The notes: a model not told the origin generated them from the letters alone. Positions 1 to 14,230 are shown, counted from the stretch's first letter. The stretch is 64,000 nucleotides of DNA from Octopus vulgaris (GCA_951406725.2 OX597836.1:50034001-50098000); one strand, 5' to 3'. Numbers and translations: made by a program.

Positions 1-1425
1 TGGAGAAATATTGATGGACAATAATTGACTTACATCAATTATTATTTATTAATTCAATACAAATAGACTTTCAGTCTATTTGTATTGGTTAAGAGTCTTC
101 TCCTACAGTTCCTGGCCAACCTAAATCTTGTCAGTGAATTTGGGAAATGGAAACTGTGTAGAAGCCCATTGTTTCTGTATGGGGTACATGTGTATCTATT
201 ATTATACAAGTGTGAGTATGTGTGTGAACGTGAATGAGCATAAAGGGTGACATTTAAAGCTTCTCCCCACTTGAATGAAACGGGGACAACATCGATATTC
301 CTCATTGACATTGTGACCGATCTCTGCATTTTTTAAGACTTGTAAAACATGAACTGGGATTTGCAGGCTCCCACCCTGCCAGGATTTTCTTGAATTATAA
401 TGATGCATCAGGGGTTAAAAACAGCAAGTGAGAGCCATCAGCTGTTTCATATATTGTTGCTCTTGTAGCTGTTTATCTCCTGGTCAGCTCTTGTCCAATT
501 GTGTGACAACTGGATTAGAGCTGACCAAGGGATAAACCAGGATTAGTTTATTGGATGTGTTTGTTATTTTTTTAAAGGCAGAAGTGTGAAGGTTTAGAAA
601 AAAAACTGGACTGGTCAGTGGTATATTTGAGTGGTGGAGGTGGTGTTAAGAATGAGGATGGCGGTCAAGGGGTGAGCAAGGGGAAAGGGAGTGATGACTG
701 GCAATTAAAAAAAGAATGAGCAGAGTTGGATAATAGAGGAGAAACCGAGAGATGAAAGGCTGACAGGTGTATATGTATGTGTGTATGTATACATATGTAT
801 ATATACTTATGTGTGTGTGCATGTGTACACAAATACATATATATGTGTTTGTGTGTGTGTGTGTGAAAAAGGCTGAGGTTTTCAAAGGTTAAAGGATCAT
901 TATTATTCCATAAGGAGATATGAAAAAGTTTTAATAACAAATATTACACTCAGTAATGCCCACAATATAACACACACACACGCACACACATGCACCTCCA
1001 CCCCCCCACACATTGTCCTTTGCCCTCTGAAAGCATCGTGCTCACAAGAATCCTGTGTATGCATGTACAGTTTGTGTGGGTGAACAGCTGCATTACTTTA
1101 AGTTTCATGGACATGCAAAGTCTAATCACCGAGGTGTTTTGATATTAGTGCAGTTTTAACCTCATGTCATCTGAGTGACAAATCTTGGCTGGTCATTGGT
1201 AAGCTTGATTTCTACAGATCAAGAGAGATCCTCCCATGGGAGAAGTTGTTGAATCAACTAATGGGAGATACTGCTATTAAGATGGAAGAGAAAAGCAACC
1301 CTGTCAAGATAAACTTTAGTCACCAACAGAGACTACCAATATAAACTCACACTTTGTATTGAATATATTTATACACACACACACATATATATATATAGAT
1401 ATATAATATATATATAGATATATAA

Positions 1426-1466
<41 letters not shown>

Positions 1467-1467
1467 G

Positions 1468-1499
<32 letters not shown>

Positions 1500-1551
1500 G
1501 ATATATAATATATATATAGATATATAATATATATATAGATATATAATTTAC

Positions 1552-1585
<34 letters not shown>

Positions 1586-2959
1586 GTATACACACACACA
1601 CACACACACACACATATTGTAAACATAATTATATAAGTTTTTACTGTATATTTTGACTAAAATAGTCTAATATAGGAGCATATAGACCCACAATGGAAAA
1701 AAAAATTGGGTATTTCCATGTGCACTAATATCTATTTTTATCTTTCGGGGTTTAATTGCCTGAATCTTATATTATTTTCTAGAGTCAAAATATACAGTGA
1801 AAACTAATATTTACAAAACACTGTCACTTGTCACCATTTCTTAACTTACACAGACACACAGACACACACACACACACACTGTCCTTTGCCCTCTGAAAGC
1901 ATTGAGCTCTTGAGAATCTTGTCAAAACATGGAATTCTGTAATGCAATGTGATATGGAAGACAATGGAATAACTCAAAATCATAGCAAGATTTTCAGAAA
2001 TGCAATGTTTTTACAAGACTGAAGATGCATCCACGTAGGTGCACACACATGCATACACGTGTGTGTGTGTGTGTGTGCAGGCAAAAACAAGCAAGAAACA
2101 TCCAAAAACAAGACAAAACAACGTTAGTATAAAATTCAAGGCATTTTCATAATTTTAGATTATTTATTTAGTAAAACTGAGATTTTAATTTTAATAATTT
2201 CAACAACTTAGAATTTTCTGAAGAAAACTAACATTATATATATATACATACACATATACATACATATATATATATACATATACACATATATAATATATAT
2301 TATATATATATAAACAAATAAATATATAAATTCATAAATAAATTAATAAAATGAACAAAAATAAACAAAGTAAAACAAACACAGAAACGAAATGATTTGC
2401 AAAGACAACTGCATGCAGTTATGCATGTGCAGTTACATGCATGCAATTATGCATGTCTGCATATATTTAGATTGCACTTTTGGTAAGTGTGTGTACAGGT
2501 TTTGTTGCACCGAAAGTATTTGTCTTGAAGCACAGCCACAGCCTTTTGACGTGTATCAGGTAGAAGGAGACTGTGCTGAAGCCAGTTGGGTAGACTCAGT
2601 GACTGAAAGAATCACCAGTCTCATATGTAGTGTCACACTGAGTCTACATGAAAGGTTATCTTAATAGTACATGTCTCTGTGGAATACACAGCCATTTCAT
2701 CTGAAAATCAATGTGGAGGTAAGTTCCTGGAGCAATTTTGAATATTTATTGCCGAAACCATTACAGAATCTATGATGAACTGCATGAGTGTTTGTGCACA
2801 TGAGCGCATGTGTGTGTAAATTGTGAATGGCTCAGTCAGCCAGCTGTTAAGTAGGCACCACAGCTCAACAGTAAAATTTGCGTAAAGTGTCATTACTCTG
2901 ATGAGCTGAGTTCATCATCCAGCTTTCTGCTCAATAAGGTTAAGCTCATGAGTGCACGC

Positions 2960-2993
<34 letters not shown>

Positions 2994-3025
2994 TATCAGT
3001 TGCACTTACATAGTGTATGTCTTTT

Positions 3026-3548
3026 AAAGTGATAGTATGTTGTCAACTTAATGTGGCAGTCCCATGAAAGGGAAGAATGTTACTGTTATTTAACCCTAGG
3101 AAACACTGTTTCCTGTTAGACTTGACACATTTCCTGTGCCCTTATGTTTTCCACTCAGCAAAGCCAACATCCAGAGACTAGTTTCAGAGCCATTGCTCAC
3201 CATCTGTAGCATGGCTTCCTAGCTGTTGATGCCTATCCACCTTTGAAATGTATTATTTCTAGTTTCAAAAATCAGTGAATGTATTTCAATTGAAATATAT
3301 ATAAGGCAGATAGACACTGGCAGCCAGCCAGCCATGCTACTCCAGACTGATGATGAGCAATGACTCGGAAACTAGTCTCTGAATTGCTGGCTTTGCTGGT
3401 TGGAGGTGCTTGTCTCCACTTTGTAAACATAAGGACACAGAAAATGTATCATGGCCTACTGGAAACGGTGTTTCCTAGGGCTAAATAACTGTAGCATTCT
3501 TCCCTTTCATGGGACTGCCACATTAAGTTGACAACATACTATCACTTT
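3026..3548. repeat. Long imperfect inverted-repeat (foldback) mini-element
   Basis: aaagtgatagtatgttgtcaacttaatgtggcagtcccatgaaagggaagaatg at the left end is reverse-complemented exactly at the right end; imperfect pairing continues for about 190 bp. Confidence 0.9.
3341..3383 (+). ncRNA. Minimal type I hammerhead ribozyme fold
   Basis: tccaga-CTGATGA-tgagcaatgactcg-GAAA-ctag-TC-tctgaa: intact core, palindromic CTAG loop III, GUC site; one mismatch in stem I and imperfect stem II. Confidence 0.65.
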
Positions 3549-3990
3549 ATCATGATGCTACTGCATAAATCTCTGTGAGAGATTTAGAAATGCATTATTT
3601 CGGTATGTCTTTTGTTTAAACACCAACTCTGCTGTTGGACAGCCTCTGTAGAAAGCTCCTCAAATAACACAGAGTGTTAGAGAACACCTGAATGTCACCT
3701 GAATGTCACAGAGCAGCAAATTTGGTGAAGAGACAAAACACAAGGCATGATGAATAATGCGGGTGCAACCAAAAATGTTCCCATTATAAACGATGCTTTG
3801 ATTCGTAATGGGATTTCCATGTTTTGCCTACATGTTTCTGTTTCCTATGTCCACCCACGAGACTTTGGTCAGATCAAGGATATTGCAGAAGACATTTGCC
3901 CAAGAGGCTAAGCAGTGGGACCGAGCCTGACACAATGTGAGTAGGAAGCAAACCTTTCACCCAGATACACTTATCCCTGCATCTCTCTTG

Positions 3991-4068
<78 letters not shown>

Positions 4069-4369
4069 ACATATGAATGCATATATGTATATATATAAGT
4101 ATATATATTGATGTGTATACACATATATATGAGTATATATATATATATATATACACTCAAACACACACATATATATGTGTGTTTGAGTGTATATATATAC
4201 ACTCAAACACACAGCTCCATATCTATATATAGTAAAATAGAGGGGATCAATTAGACCCAGGTAAATTAATGTAGATAATGGTACATAAATAATATATGAA
4301 ATAAATTTGTTGTATACAGTGCTTGGGCGCATTACAACACATCAGGAGAAAAAGCAGCCAAAAGTGCAT

Positions 4370-4625
4370 GAACAGTAGACAGAAAAAATGCACTGGAAGT
4401 GAACAGTGCACCATTTAAAGAGAAGGGGCAGAGCTGTTGCACCGGGTGAACTGTTGGCGAATTTCAGGAAGCATGGAAATTTTGAAGAATGTTGTGTTTT
4501 GACAGCTAACAACTGATGCAGGTAGTTTATTCCATGTTTCAGAAATTCTGAGCAGGAAAAAAATGCGTCTGAAATTCATGGGTGCTGTGTTGCTTTTTTG
4601 ATTTTGTAAACATGTCCACAAGTGT
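4370..4625 (-). mobile_element. 3' end fragment of CR1/L2-type LINE ORF2
   Basis: Translation FRRIFFLLRISETWNKLPASVVSCQNTTFFK matches the typical CR1/L2 C-terminal RxxFFxxRxxxxWNxLP motif. Confidence 0.65.
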
Positions 4626-4854
4626 TAGACAGATGGTGGATAATCTTGTGGGTGTTATAATGTTATCTATTAAGTTACACAATTATACTCTTATCCAAAA
4701 TAAACATGCAACTGAAACCCATGTAAGGATATCCTCAAATATCCATTTATTTTATTCTTCTTTATCTATAAATAAATGGTGTGGAACCAAAACTCACATT
4801 AAAAGTTACACTAATATCTCACAGCAACTACAACACGAAATTAGATGAAACCTA

Positions 4855-5832
4855 ATGCAAAACAAAGAACGCATGGCGCTAATAAGCTGTTTTTTGCTGA
4901 AATCCTGACGAATATAGTTGAGCGGGAAGACAAATGCCAAAGAGTTTGTGATTTGGTGCTCAAGCATGGTCGGAGCATCTTTACACACAGTTTATGATGT
5001 CAAGAAGAGAATGGACAATAGCATTCAGAGGAAGTCTGATAGTGGAATCAAGACTTCATCACCATCCTCAAGTCCAAAATTTCAATGGACCCAACCACAT
5101 CAATGAAGAAGCTCGATACTGAACTTGAAGTGGACCCTAAGACCAACAGAACACCTGCTAATGATGACTTGGGCCTCAAGTCCTACACCCGGATACAGAG
5201 ACATCTGCTGACAGAACCTATGAAAGCAAGGAGACTGGAGACATGCATAAAGGTTCTCACATACCTCAAGAAGAATGGGTCCACTATGAAGATTTTCTCT
5301 GATGAGAAGATCTTCACAGTGAATGCAGTTGTGAACCACAAAAATGACAAATACATTGTGGGGTCAATAGCTGATGTCAGGGGCACCTTTAGAACAAAAC
5401 ATCCAGCTCAATTCATAGCCTTCAGTGTTGTGGCCACCAATAGAAGAAAGACGCCCATCTACTCCTACAAGCCCAGAGAAAAGGAAGGTACTGATGCCTA
5501 CTACAAGACATTGGGGTACCATGTCTTGTCATGGCCCAACATGGAGAGCAACTATGTGTGGACCCAGGATGGTGCTCCTAGCCATACTGCTAAGAAAGTA
5601 CAGAATTTCTGCCTTCTAACTGGTAAACTTCTGGCCCTCTTCTAGCCTAGATCTCAACCCTCTGGACTATGCCATGTGGGGCATTTTAGAGCATGGCAGC
5701 ATCAACTCTCTGAAAGTTGGCATCAATGAGGGGTGGGCCAGGATATACAGTGACTTCCTGGTAAAGAGTTGTGTGGGGTTCTGGGGCCGTGTGAAGGCTG
5801 TAATTGCAAACAATGGAAACCACATAGAATAA
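4855..5832 (+). mobile_element. Decayed Tc1/mariner-superfamily transposase (maT/DD37D-like), frameshifted
   Basis: ORF 5085..5645 has IFSDEKIFTV and WTQDGAPSHTAKKVQ; another frame continues FWPSSSLDLNPLDYAMWGILE (SPDLNPLD-type third Asp). Confidence 0.85.
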
Positions 5833-6014
5833 ATTGTTTGTTTTGTTTACTCTTTTACTCTTTTACTCTTTTACTCTTTTACTTGTTTCAGCCATCCGGC
5901 TGAGGCCATGCTGGGGCACCGCCCTTGTATGTGAATGTTATTAATCTACTTTTGAAACGCAATGAAAGAGTTTCAAATGTTATGGCAATTTAGCAAGTTT
6001 TGCTTCCGCACCAT

Positions 6015-6062
<48 letters not shown>

Positions 6063-7604
6063 CTCTATATATGAAGATGAAATTTAATTTTTCTCTGAAA
6101 AATAAAAAAAATCTTCTAAAAACTGAAGACTTTTTATAACCAATTAATTCAATTAAAATTTTTCTTAAAAATAATTTTGGTTTAGATGTATTTCTCCCTC
6201 CAAATTTATTCGACATTTTAAAACTTATTTAACATAATAAATATATATTTACATTTCACCGATTAAAACACAAATTACAAGTTTAAAAAAAAATATCAAT
6301 TCATTTTATTTATATTTGTTTTATAATTTTGATTTTTTTGTTCTTTGCTAGGTTGTATTTTATTAAGGAGAAATTTGAGTGGGGGTGGGTGGGAGGGTAT
6401 TTATTTATATTTTCAATTTATTTAATCATAACATGATATAATTTTCATCGAAACATTTATTTACAATTATAATTTTAAAAATCTCAATTTACACGAAAGA
6501 TTTTATCCGAAAAACAAACTGGAAGTATGACTCTTCCATTAACATTTTGCCCTCGTTTAGAGAATAATTTGGTGGAAACTAATTGCCCAGTTCATTTTTA
6601 TGAAGAGTTGTGTTTACTCTTTTTTAACCTTTAGTCAACCATGACTCACAAGACTAATGATCACTGTGACATTCCAACAATGACCAAAATCATTATATAA
6701 AAATGTCGTTTTAGTTTGGGAGATTGTAGAGGGACATTTGAGTGATATGATGTTGCTATATCTAACAGGTCATGTGATCACACAGAGGCTCCCTCTTTGG
6801 CACATTTTGGTCTAAAAGGGTCGAAAGTATATCTATGTCATTATCACCCGAAATAACAAGCGGAAGCGTGTTACAAGCTGACAGTCCATACTCATTTTGG
6901 GTAGGGGTTGAACAAGATGCATTTTCATCCATCTTTACACACACCCTCAACTTCTGCTGAGGTCACCTTTATCTTTTGATGAAATAAATACCAGTTACAT
7001 ACTGGGGTGGAAGTAATCGACTAGCCCAAGTTGCAGGCCTTGTGCCTATTGTGGACAGGATTTTTATCCTTATTATTAAAAGTGTCGAGTTGGCTGAATT
7101 GGTTGAGAATCAGACAAAATGCTTTGTGGTATTTCTTCTGTTGCTTTACATTCTGAGTTCAAATCCTGTTGACACCGAATTTGCTTTTCATCCTTTTGAG
7201 GGCAATAAAATAAAGTACCAGTCATATGCTGTGGTTGATCAATTAATCTTCCACCCTCTGAAGTTACTGGACTTATGCATGAAACCAAGAGTATTTATGA
7301 TTTAAGTGATCTAAACTTTGCTGAGATCGACTTAGCTTTCCATTATTCCAGCATTGGGACCGGGTCTGACATAAATAGAAGAACATTCTACAAAATTTCT
7401 AGTTTTATACATACACACACACACACACATATATATGTTTGTTACAAATAATAATGACTACATTTGTTTCAACCACATGGTTTTGGGTTCAGTCCCACTG
7501 CGTGGCACCTTGGGCAAGTGACTTCTACTATAGCCTCGGGCTGACCAAAGCCTTGTGAGTGGATTTGGTAAACAGAAACTGAAAGAAGCTTGTCATATAT
7601 ATGC

Positions 7605-7644
<40 letters not shown>

Positions 7645-8722
7645 GGCGGGTATGTGTTTGTATGTCTGTATTTGTACTCTCACCTCACTTGACAACCGAT
7701 GCTGGTGTGTTTACATCCCATCCCTGTAACTTAGAGGTTTGGCAAAAGACCCCAATAGAATAAGTACTAGGCTTACAAAGAATAAGTCCTGGACTCGATT
7801 TGTTCGACTAAAGATAGCGCTTCAGCATGGCCACAGTCAAATGAATGAAATAAATAAATGTTTTATATATATATATATATACATATAATGTTTTCCGTTT
7901 TATTTTTTCCATTAACAAAAAAAAAATCTTTGCTTCTGTTTTTATGAAATGATAAATTGTTTATTCTTTTACTCTTTTACTTGTTTCAGCCATTTGACTG
8001 TGGTCATGCTGGAGCACCACCTTTAGTCAAAGAAATCGACCACAGGACTTATTCTTTGTAAGCCTAGTACTTCTTATTCTATCAGTCTTTTTTTGCCAAA
8101 CCACTAAGTTACATGGACATAAATACACCAGCATCGGTTGTCAAGAGATGAGGATGGGGGACAAACACACACACACACACATAAATATATATATATATAC
8201 ACGATGGGCCTCTTTCAGTTTCTGTTTACCAAATCCTTTCACAAGGGTTTGGTCGACCTGAAGACATAGTAGAAGACACTTGCCCAAGGTGCCATGCAGT
8301 GGGACTGAACCCAAAACCATGCAGTTGGAAAGCAAGCTTCTTATCACACAGCCATGCTTGCATCTGTTATTTATGAAATTTAATAAATTTTTAAACTTTA
8401 TTCTCTATTTTCAACTTAGTGAAATTATTTTCGGAAAAAATATTTTTTTTCTTTAATGTCAGATATATCTTTTTTTAAAAAATATATCTGATTTTGAAAA
8501 CATAATTTAATGTTTAATGAGTCCTTTTCATTTAATTGTTTTGACTGAATTATTTGCAAGTTTATATTTTCTCCCAAACACAAATTTCTCTTACACAAAC
8601 CCTAGCCTCTTCCCCACCCCACCCCACCCCACACACACACATGCACAAATCAGCAGCATAAAACCTAAAGATTATTCAATATATACATCATACACACCTC
8701 AGATTCACTTCATAACAAGACA

Positions 8723-8761
<39 letters not shown>

Positions 8762-9107
8762 GTGTGTGTGTGTGTGTGTGTGTGCATGTATATGGATTGG
8801 TGGTGTAGTGATGATGCCCTGTTGATCTGAAGAGCCAGCCTTTTCTACTCCATTAATTTGTGAATATACAACTGTACTGCATAATGCATAGCATGCATAT
8901 TAGTGCAAACATGTAGACATTATTTATTATACACTGAAATTATTATTAGAGGAAGAAGGCTGCAAAACAGCTGTAATCCAAAGGATGACAAGTAATTAAA
9001 TAAGTATATTCATCTCTTGTACTTCCTAACAATTTATGGTATATATATATATATATATATATACATACATACATACATACATACACATATATGAGTGTGT
9101 GTGTGTG

Positions 9108-9140
<33 letters not shown>

Positions 9141-9197
9141 TCACATATATATATGTATGTATATATATATGTGTGTGTGTGTATACATATATATCTC

Positions 9198-9237
<40 letters not shown>

Positions 9238-10086
9238 ATACACACACATATACATACAAACATATTTTAGTACATGCCTTTACTAATTTCTTTTTTGGGT
9301 GTAATAATTTGTTCTTAATAAAACACACACACACACACGCACACACACACGCACACACACACGTACGTTGTTTCCCTTTCCTCCCAATTTCTACCGGTTT
9401 CTCTTTTAAAGTTTCATCACTTTATGTCATTTTTATCGACCATGACATTCTGCAAAATATGAAACGACGCTCATAAAATGCAACGAAATACAATTTTTAG
9501 GAGAAACAATAATTATTGTCGCGTTTGTCGACGTGTTTCGGATTGTGATTTTGACAAAAGTACAACGAAGGCAAAATATGCAAATACATAAATATGAGGA
9601 TTTGTGTTTTGTTTACACGCAACACACATATATATTATAGATGTACGTAATTCTTTGTGTATGTATATATAAATGTATGCATGTATGTATATTTATATAT
9701 ATATTTATATACATATACACACACATTTACATATACATATACATTTATATATATATATATGTATGTATATATGCATATATATACTTTCATATATATGAAT
9801 CAAATGAAATAAAATAAAAAAACAGGACACAAAGGATGTCGCGGTACACTGAATTTATTGTACCTACTTTCATATATACATACATACTTGCATGTGTATA
9901 TATATATATACATACATCTATATATCTATATATATATATACACACACATATACATACATACATATATATATATACATGCTTATATATATGTATGTATGTA
10001 TATGTGTGTGTGTATTATATGCATATTTCTAGTATGTACCCTTATCAAGACATGACATGATGGTTATGAATAAGCATCATCATCAC

Positions 10087-10146
<60 letters not shown>

Positions 10147-10801
10147 ATAAATGAGGCTTGAAGTGAGATGTGTGTGTGTGTGCGCAAGTGACCTAACCTC
10201 GAAACCTGACAGTGGAAGCAAACGCTTTCGAAATATGCAAAACCAATCATTTCTGCTTCTTGGCTTCTTTGCTCTGTTTTAAATCCCTCATTTCTTCCTC
10301 ACCCTTCTCTCATTCCAAATTCATCTTCTCCTTTCTCTCCATAACACTCTACCATTCCTCATTGTCTCTCCATCTGTTTGTCTCTCTCTCTCTCTCTCTC
10401 CTGTTTCATCAGGGCTCAGCAAATGGTACTGTACCAAAAATTACTCTAACGAAGGTAGCATGGAAAATAATGATAATAATCCTTTCTCTAGGGGGACGGG
10501 CTAAGTCGGTGTTACATCGACCCTAGTACTCAACTGGTACTTATTTTATCGACCCCAAAAGGATGAAAGGCTAAGTCAACCTCGGTGGAATTTGAACTCT
10601 GAACATGAAGACAGATGAAATGCTGCCAAGCATTTTGCCCAGCGTGCTAACCATTCTGCCATCTCACCACCTTCAAGAAGAAGAAGAACAACAACAACAG
10701 GGATAATAATAATAATAACAATCATCATCATCATCATCATGCCAGAATCTTCCAACCTTAAATTCATTTCAAGTACAGTACTTTTTACTGAGCTCTGATT
10801 G

Positions 10802-10857
<56 letters not shown>

Positions 10858-11034
10858 TATATAGAGGGCTAGAGAGAAAAAGAGTGAAAGAGAGAGAAGA
10901 AATGAGAGAGATATAGAGCAATAAACTGTTAGAGAAAAAAAAGAGAAGAGTGGAGGCAACACACCATGTGTGTCATATGCCATCATCATCATCGTCATCA
11001 TCACCTTTATTCCCTCCTCCTCCTTCTCCTCTTT

Positions 11035-11068
<34 letters not shown>

Positions 11069-11593
11069 CAGCATTCAAAAAATTCTTTTTCAAGAAAAAG
11101 GTAAGAAAAAGTAATTAAAGCAACAAACAGACACAAGAAAGAAAACCCATCAAACAAACCATCAAACAAACCATCAAACAAACCATCAAACAAATAACTG
11201 ACTTGAAGCAACACCAAATATGGGGGGGGGGAAAGAAGCAATAAGGGGAGGTGGGTGAGGTTGCAAGGCCATGAGGGAGTCTACAGACATCAGCATCAAC
11301 ACCTAGAACATATGTATTCTTTTATATGGGGGGTGGGGGTGGGTTGATGGAATAAATACATAACTGCTCCTTATTCTATTGATCCTGGAAGGATGAAAGG
11401 TAAAGAGGTCCTTAGCAGGATTTGAACTCACAGTGTAACTATCATATTTCATACCATATCAGATGTACTTTTTTTTACTAGAAAAACATCTCAAAGGATC
11501 ATCCTGGGTCCCTTATGCAAAGTGGGGTCACCCTAACCCTAATTTCATCCCTAATCCTCACTATTTTAGGCTAATTTTACTTCATCTGTCTCC

Positions 11594-11638
<45 letters not shown>

Positions 11639-13050
11639 TCAGTTTCAGATGTTAGTACAAGAGTAGCTATTTCAGGGAAGGGGGGGGGGTAGTCTATTAA
11701 GTCAACCCTAGTATTTAACTGGTACTTATTTTATCAACTCTGAAAGGATGAACAGCAAAGTAAACCATGGTGGAATTTGAACTCAGAACTTGAAGAAGGG
11801 CAAAATACTTCTAAATATTTGACCTGATATGCTAACAATTCTGCCAGCTCACTGCTTCCATTATGATAATATTTTCATAAACATTCTCATTAATATTGTT
11901 ATTACTACTACTACTGCTACTTAAACTGTAAAAGGAACATGTTTTGTTTCTCTAATCATGTCGGGGGGGGGGGGGAGGTTCCTATTATGCTTTTTTGCTT
12001 TTCGTTCAGTTTTACAGCTTCAAATAGCCACAAATATTTCCTGCTCTTGTTAAGGTATTTCTTCAACGTTTCATGCCAGACGACTTGGAATATTACATAC
12101 TTTAATGCTGTTGAATTGGGGAAGCAGCTAACATACATCCATGAGTCTTTGGTGCCATTAAACATGGTAAATGCTGCCGAGCAGTTCAGAAGATGTTGGC
12201 TGAATAAGGGTGGAAAGCATTTTGTTTGGCACCCCAACTGTTCCTCATAATCCCACATATTTATAACTCGAATCCTTTCTAAAACAGGGCCAAGCCATGA
12301 ATTTAGAAGGAAGGGCTAATGAATTTAATCAACCCCAGTATTTCCGATACAATATTTTATGAGGCCTGGAAGGGTGAAAGGCAATGTTAACCATAACAGA
12401 ACTTGAACTCAGAATGTCAAGATTCTCAACTAAATACTACAATGGGTTATTTAATCCCTTTCGACTATAGGTGAGAGGGCTGGTTAATTACGTTCACTCC
12501 AGTTTATTTATTTCATTGACCCCTGAAAGATGAAAGGTATGTCAACCTCAGTGGAATTTGAACTCAGAATGTGAAGACAGCCAAAATGCCACAAAGCATC
12601 CTCTTTGGCATTCTAATGATTCTGTCAGATCCCTGCTCTCCTAATCATAACACAATGCCAGTAATTTTTAGGGAAGTGATTAGTTGATTGCGCCAACCCC
12701 TGGCGGTCAACTGGTACTTATTTCATTGACTCCAGAAAGGAAGAAAGGCAAAGTCAACCTTGGTGGTGTTTGAACCCAGAATGTAAAGACAAGAAATGTC
12801 CCTAAGCATTTCACCTAGCGTGCTAACAATGTTGCCAGCTCGCTGCCCTCCTAATTATAACGATAATAATTATAATTATAAAGAATGTTGGGTATGAAGG
12901 AGCAGGTGGTGTAGGTAGTTGGTGTGGTGGGTGTGAGGTATCCACTGGTGCAGTTAGGGGTAACAGTTAGGTAGCAGGAGAGGTGTTTGGCAGTGCAGCG
13001 TGCTGTGCAGTAACTACGCTGGACATCGTTTGACTCATACAGCCACTTAC

Positions 13051-13174
13051 TGTCTGGTAGAGATGTTTCTCGCGTCGACTGCATGTCAGCATCCCTGTAT
13101 AGCTCCTTGCTTCTTTCTTTCATGCTGACAAAACGATGGAACGGAGGCGAGGCTTCACATTCTCTGCGATTCGC
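13051..13174 (-). CDS. 124-nt exon (ANRRECEASPPFHRFVSMKERSKELYRDADMQSTRETSLPD); may instead read through to the stop at 12851
   Basis: Acceptor ccatcattcgttcag|GCG (phase 0), in frame with ORF 12851..13123; consensus donor A|GTAAGT at 13050. Confidence 0.75.
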
Positions 13175-13579
13175 CTGAACGAATGATGGAGACGAAGGTG
13201 AATGAAAAGAGAAGAAAAAGCCCAGAAAAAAAAAAGAAAGAGAAAACAGGTGAGAAAAAGAAAGAAAGAAAGAAAATTAGGAAAAATTTCACAAATTTGT
13301 TTTTGTTTTTTTTTGTGTCTGTCTGTCTGCTTATTGATTTTCTTTTATTTTTCACTTGTCTCAGTCACCGGACTGTGGCCACACTGGAGCATCACGTTGA
13401 AGGGTTTTAGTAAAAAAAAATCAACCTCAGAACTTAAGTATTTTTAAAAAATCTGGCGCTTAGTTTATTGGCTTTTTTTTTTGCCAAACTGCTAAGTTAC
13501 AGGAGGATGTAAACAAACCAACAATGGTAGGTGGGCTAACACACACACACACACACATACATGTGCACACACATATGCA

Positions 13580-13616
<37 letters not shown>

Positions 13617-14178
13617 TTATATGATGACCTTCATTCAGTTTCTGTTTACCAAATTCATTCCCAAAGCTTTGGTTGGCCCAGGGCTACAGCAGAAGACACT
13701 TGCCCAAGTTTCTGCACTGTGAGACTGAACCTGAGGCCTCTTGGTTGCAAAACCAGCTTCTTAACCACACAGCCATACTTTTAACAAGTCTGTAACTCTA
13801 TGTTTTTTCATCATGGTTTACAAACTTGAATGAATTGTTGTTTAACCCCTGGTCAACCAAGATCACAAAGACCTTGATCTCGCTTAACCTGAGATTAAAA
13901 CATTCCCATTATGACCATCACCTAATATTTTTTCAGCCACTGTGCATCCAGAATTACAGTGTCCAGTTTGTCTGTTCATGTTTTAGGATGATAGAGTGGT
14001 AATTTGAGGAAGATTTGGCTGCTATTTCTGGCAGGTTGGACAACCATGTACCGGATCCACCATTGGCTAATCAATTGTCTTGTTTTAATTTGTATTTGTT
14101 GTTGTTAAAAATATTTTTGCTGTTCTTTATTTCACATTTGTTTTCTTTAATTTTGGTGTTTGTATGTATATGTCTGTG

Positions 14179-14230
<52 letters not shown>

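Noticed and set aside
9515-9560. Hammerhead-like half (minus strand ttgtc...cGAAAcacgTCgacaa)
   Set aside because: No CUGANGA core at the required position.
11146-11195. 12-bp tandem repeat giving an LFDG x4 peptide in the 221-aa ORF
   Set aside because: Simple minisatellite; the ORF is stitched from microsatellites and a SINE.
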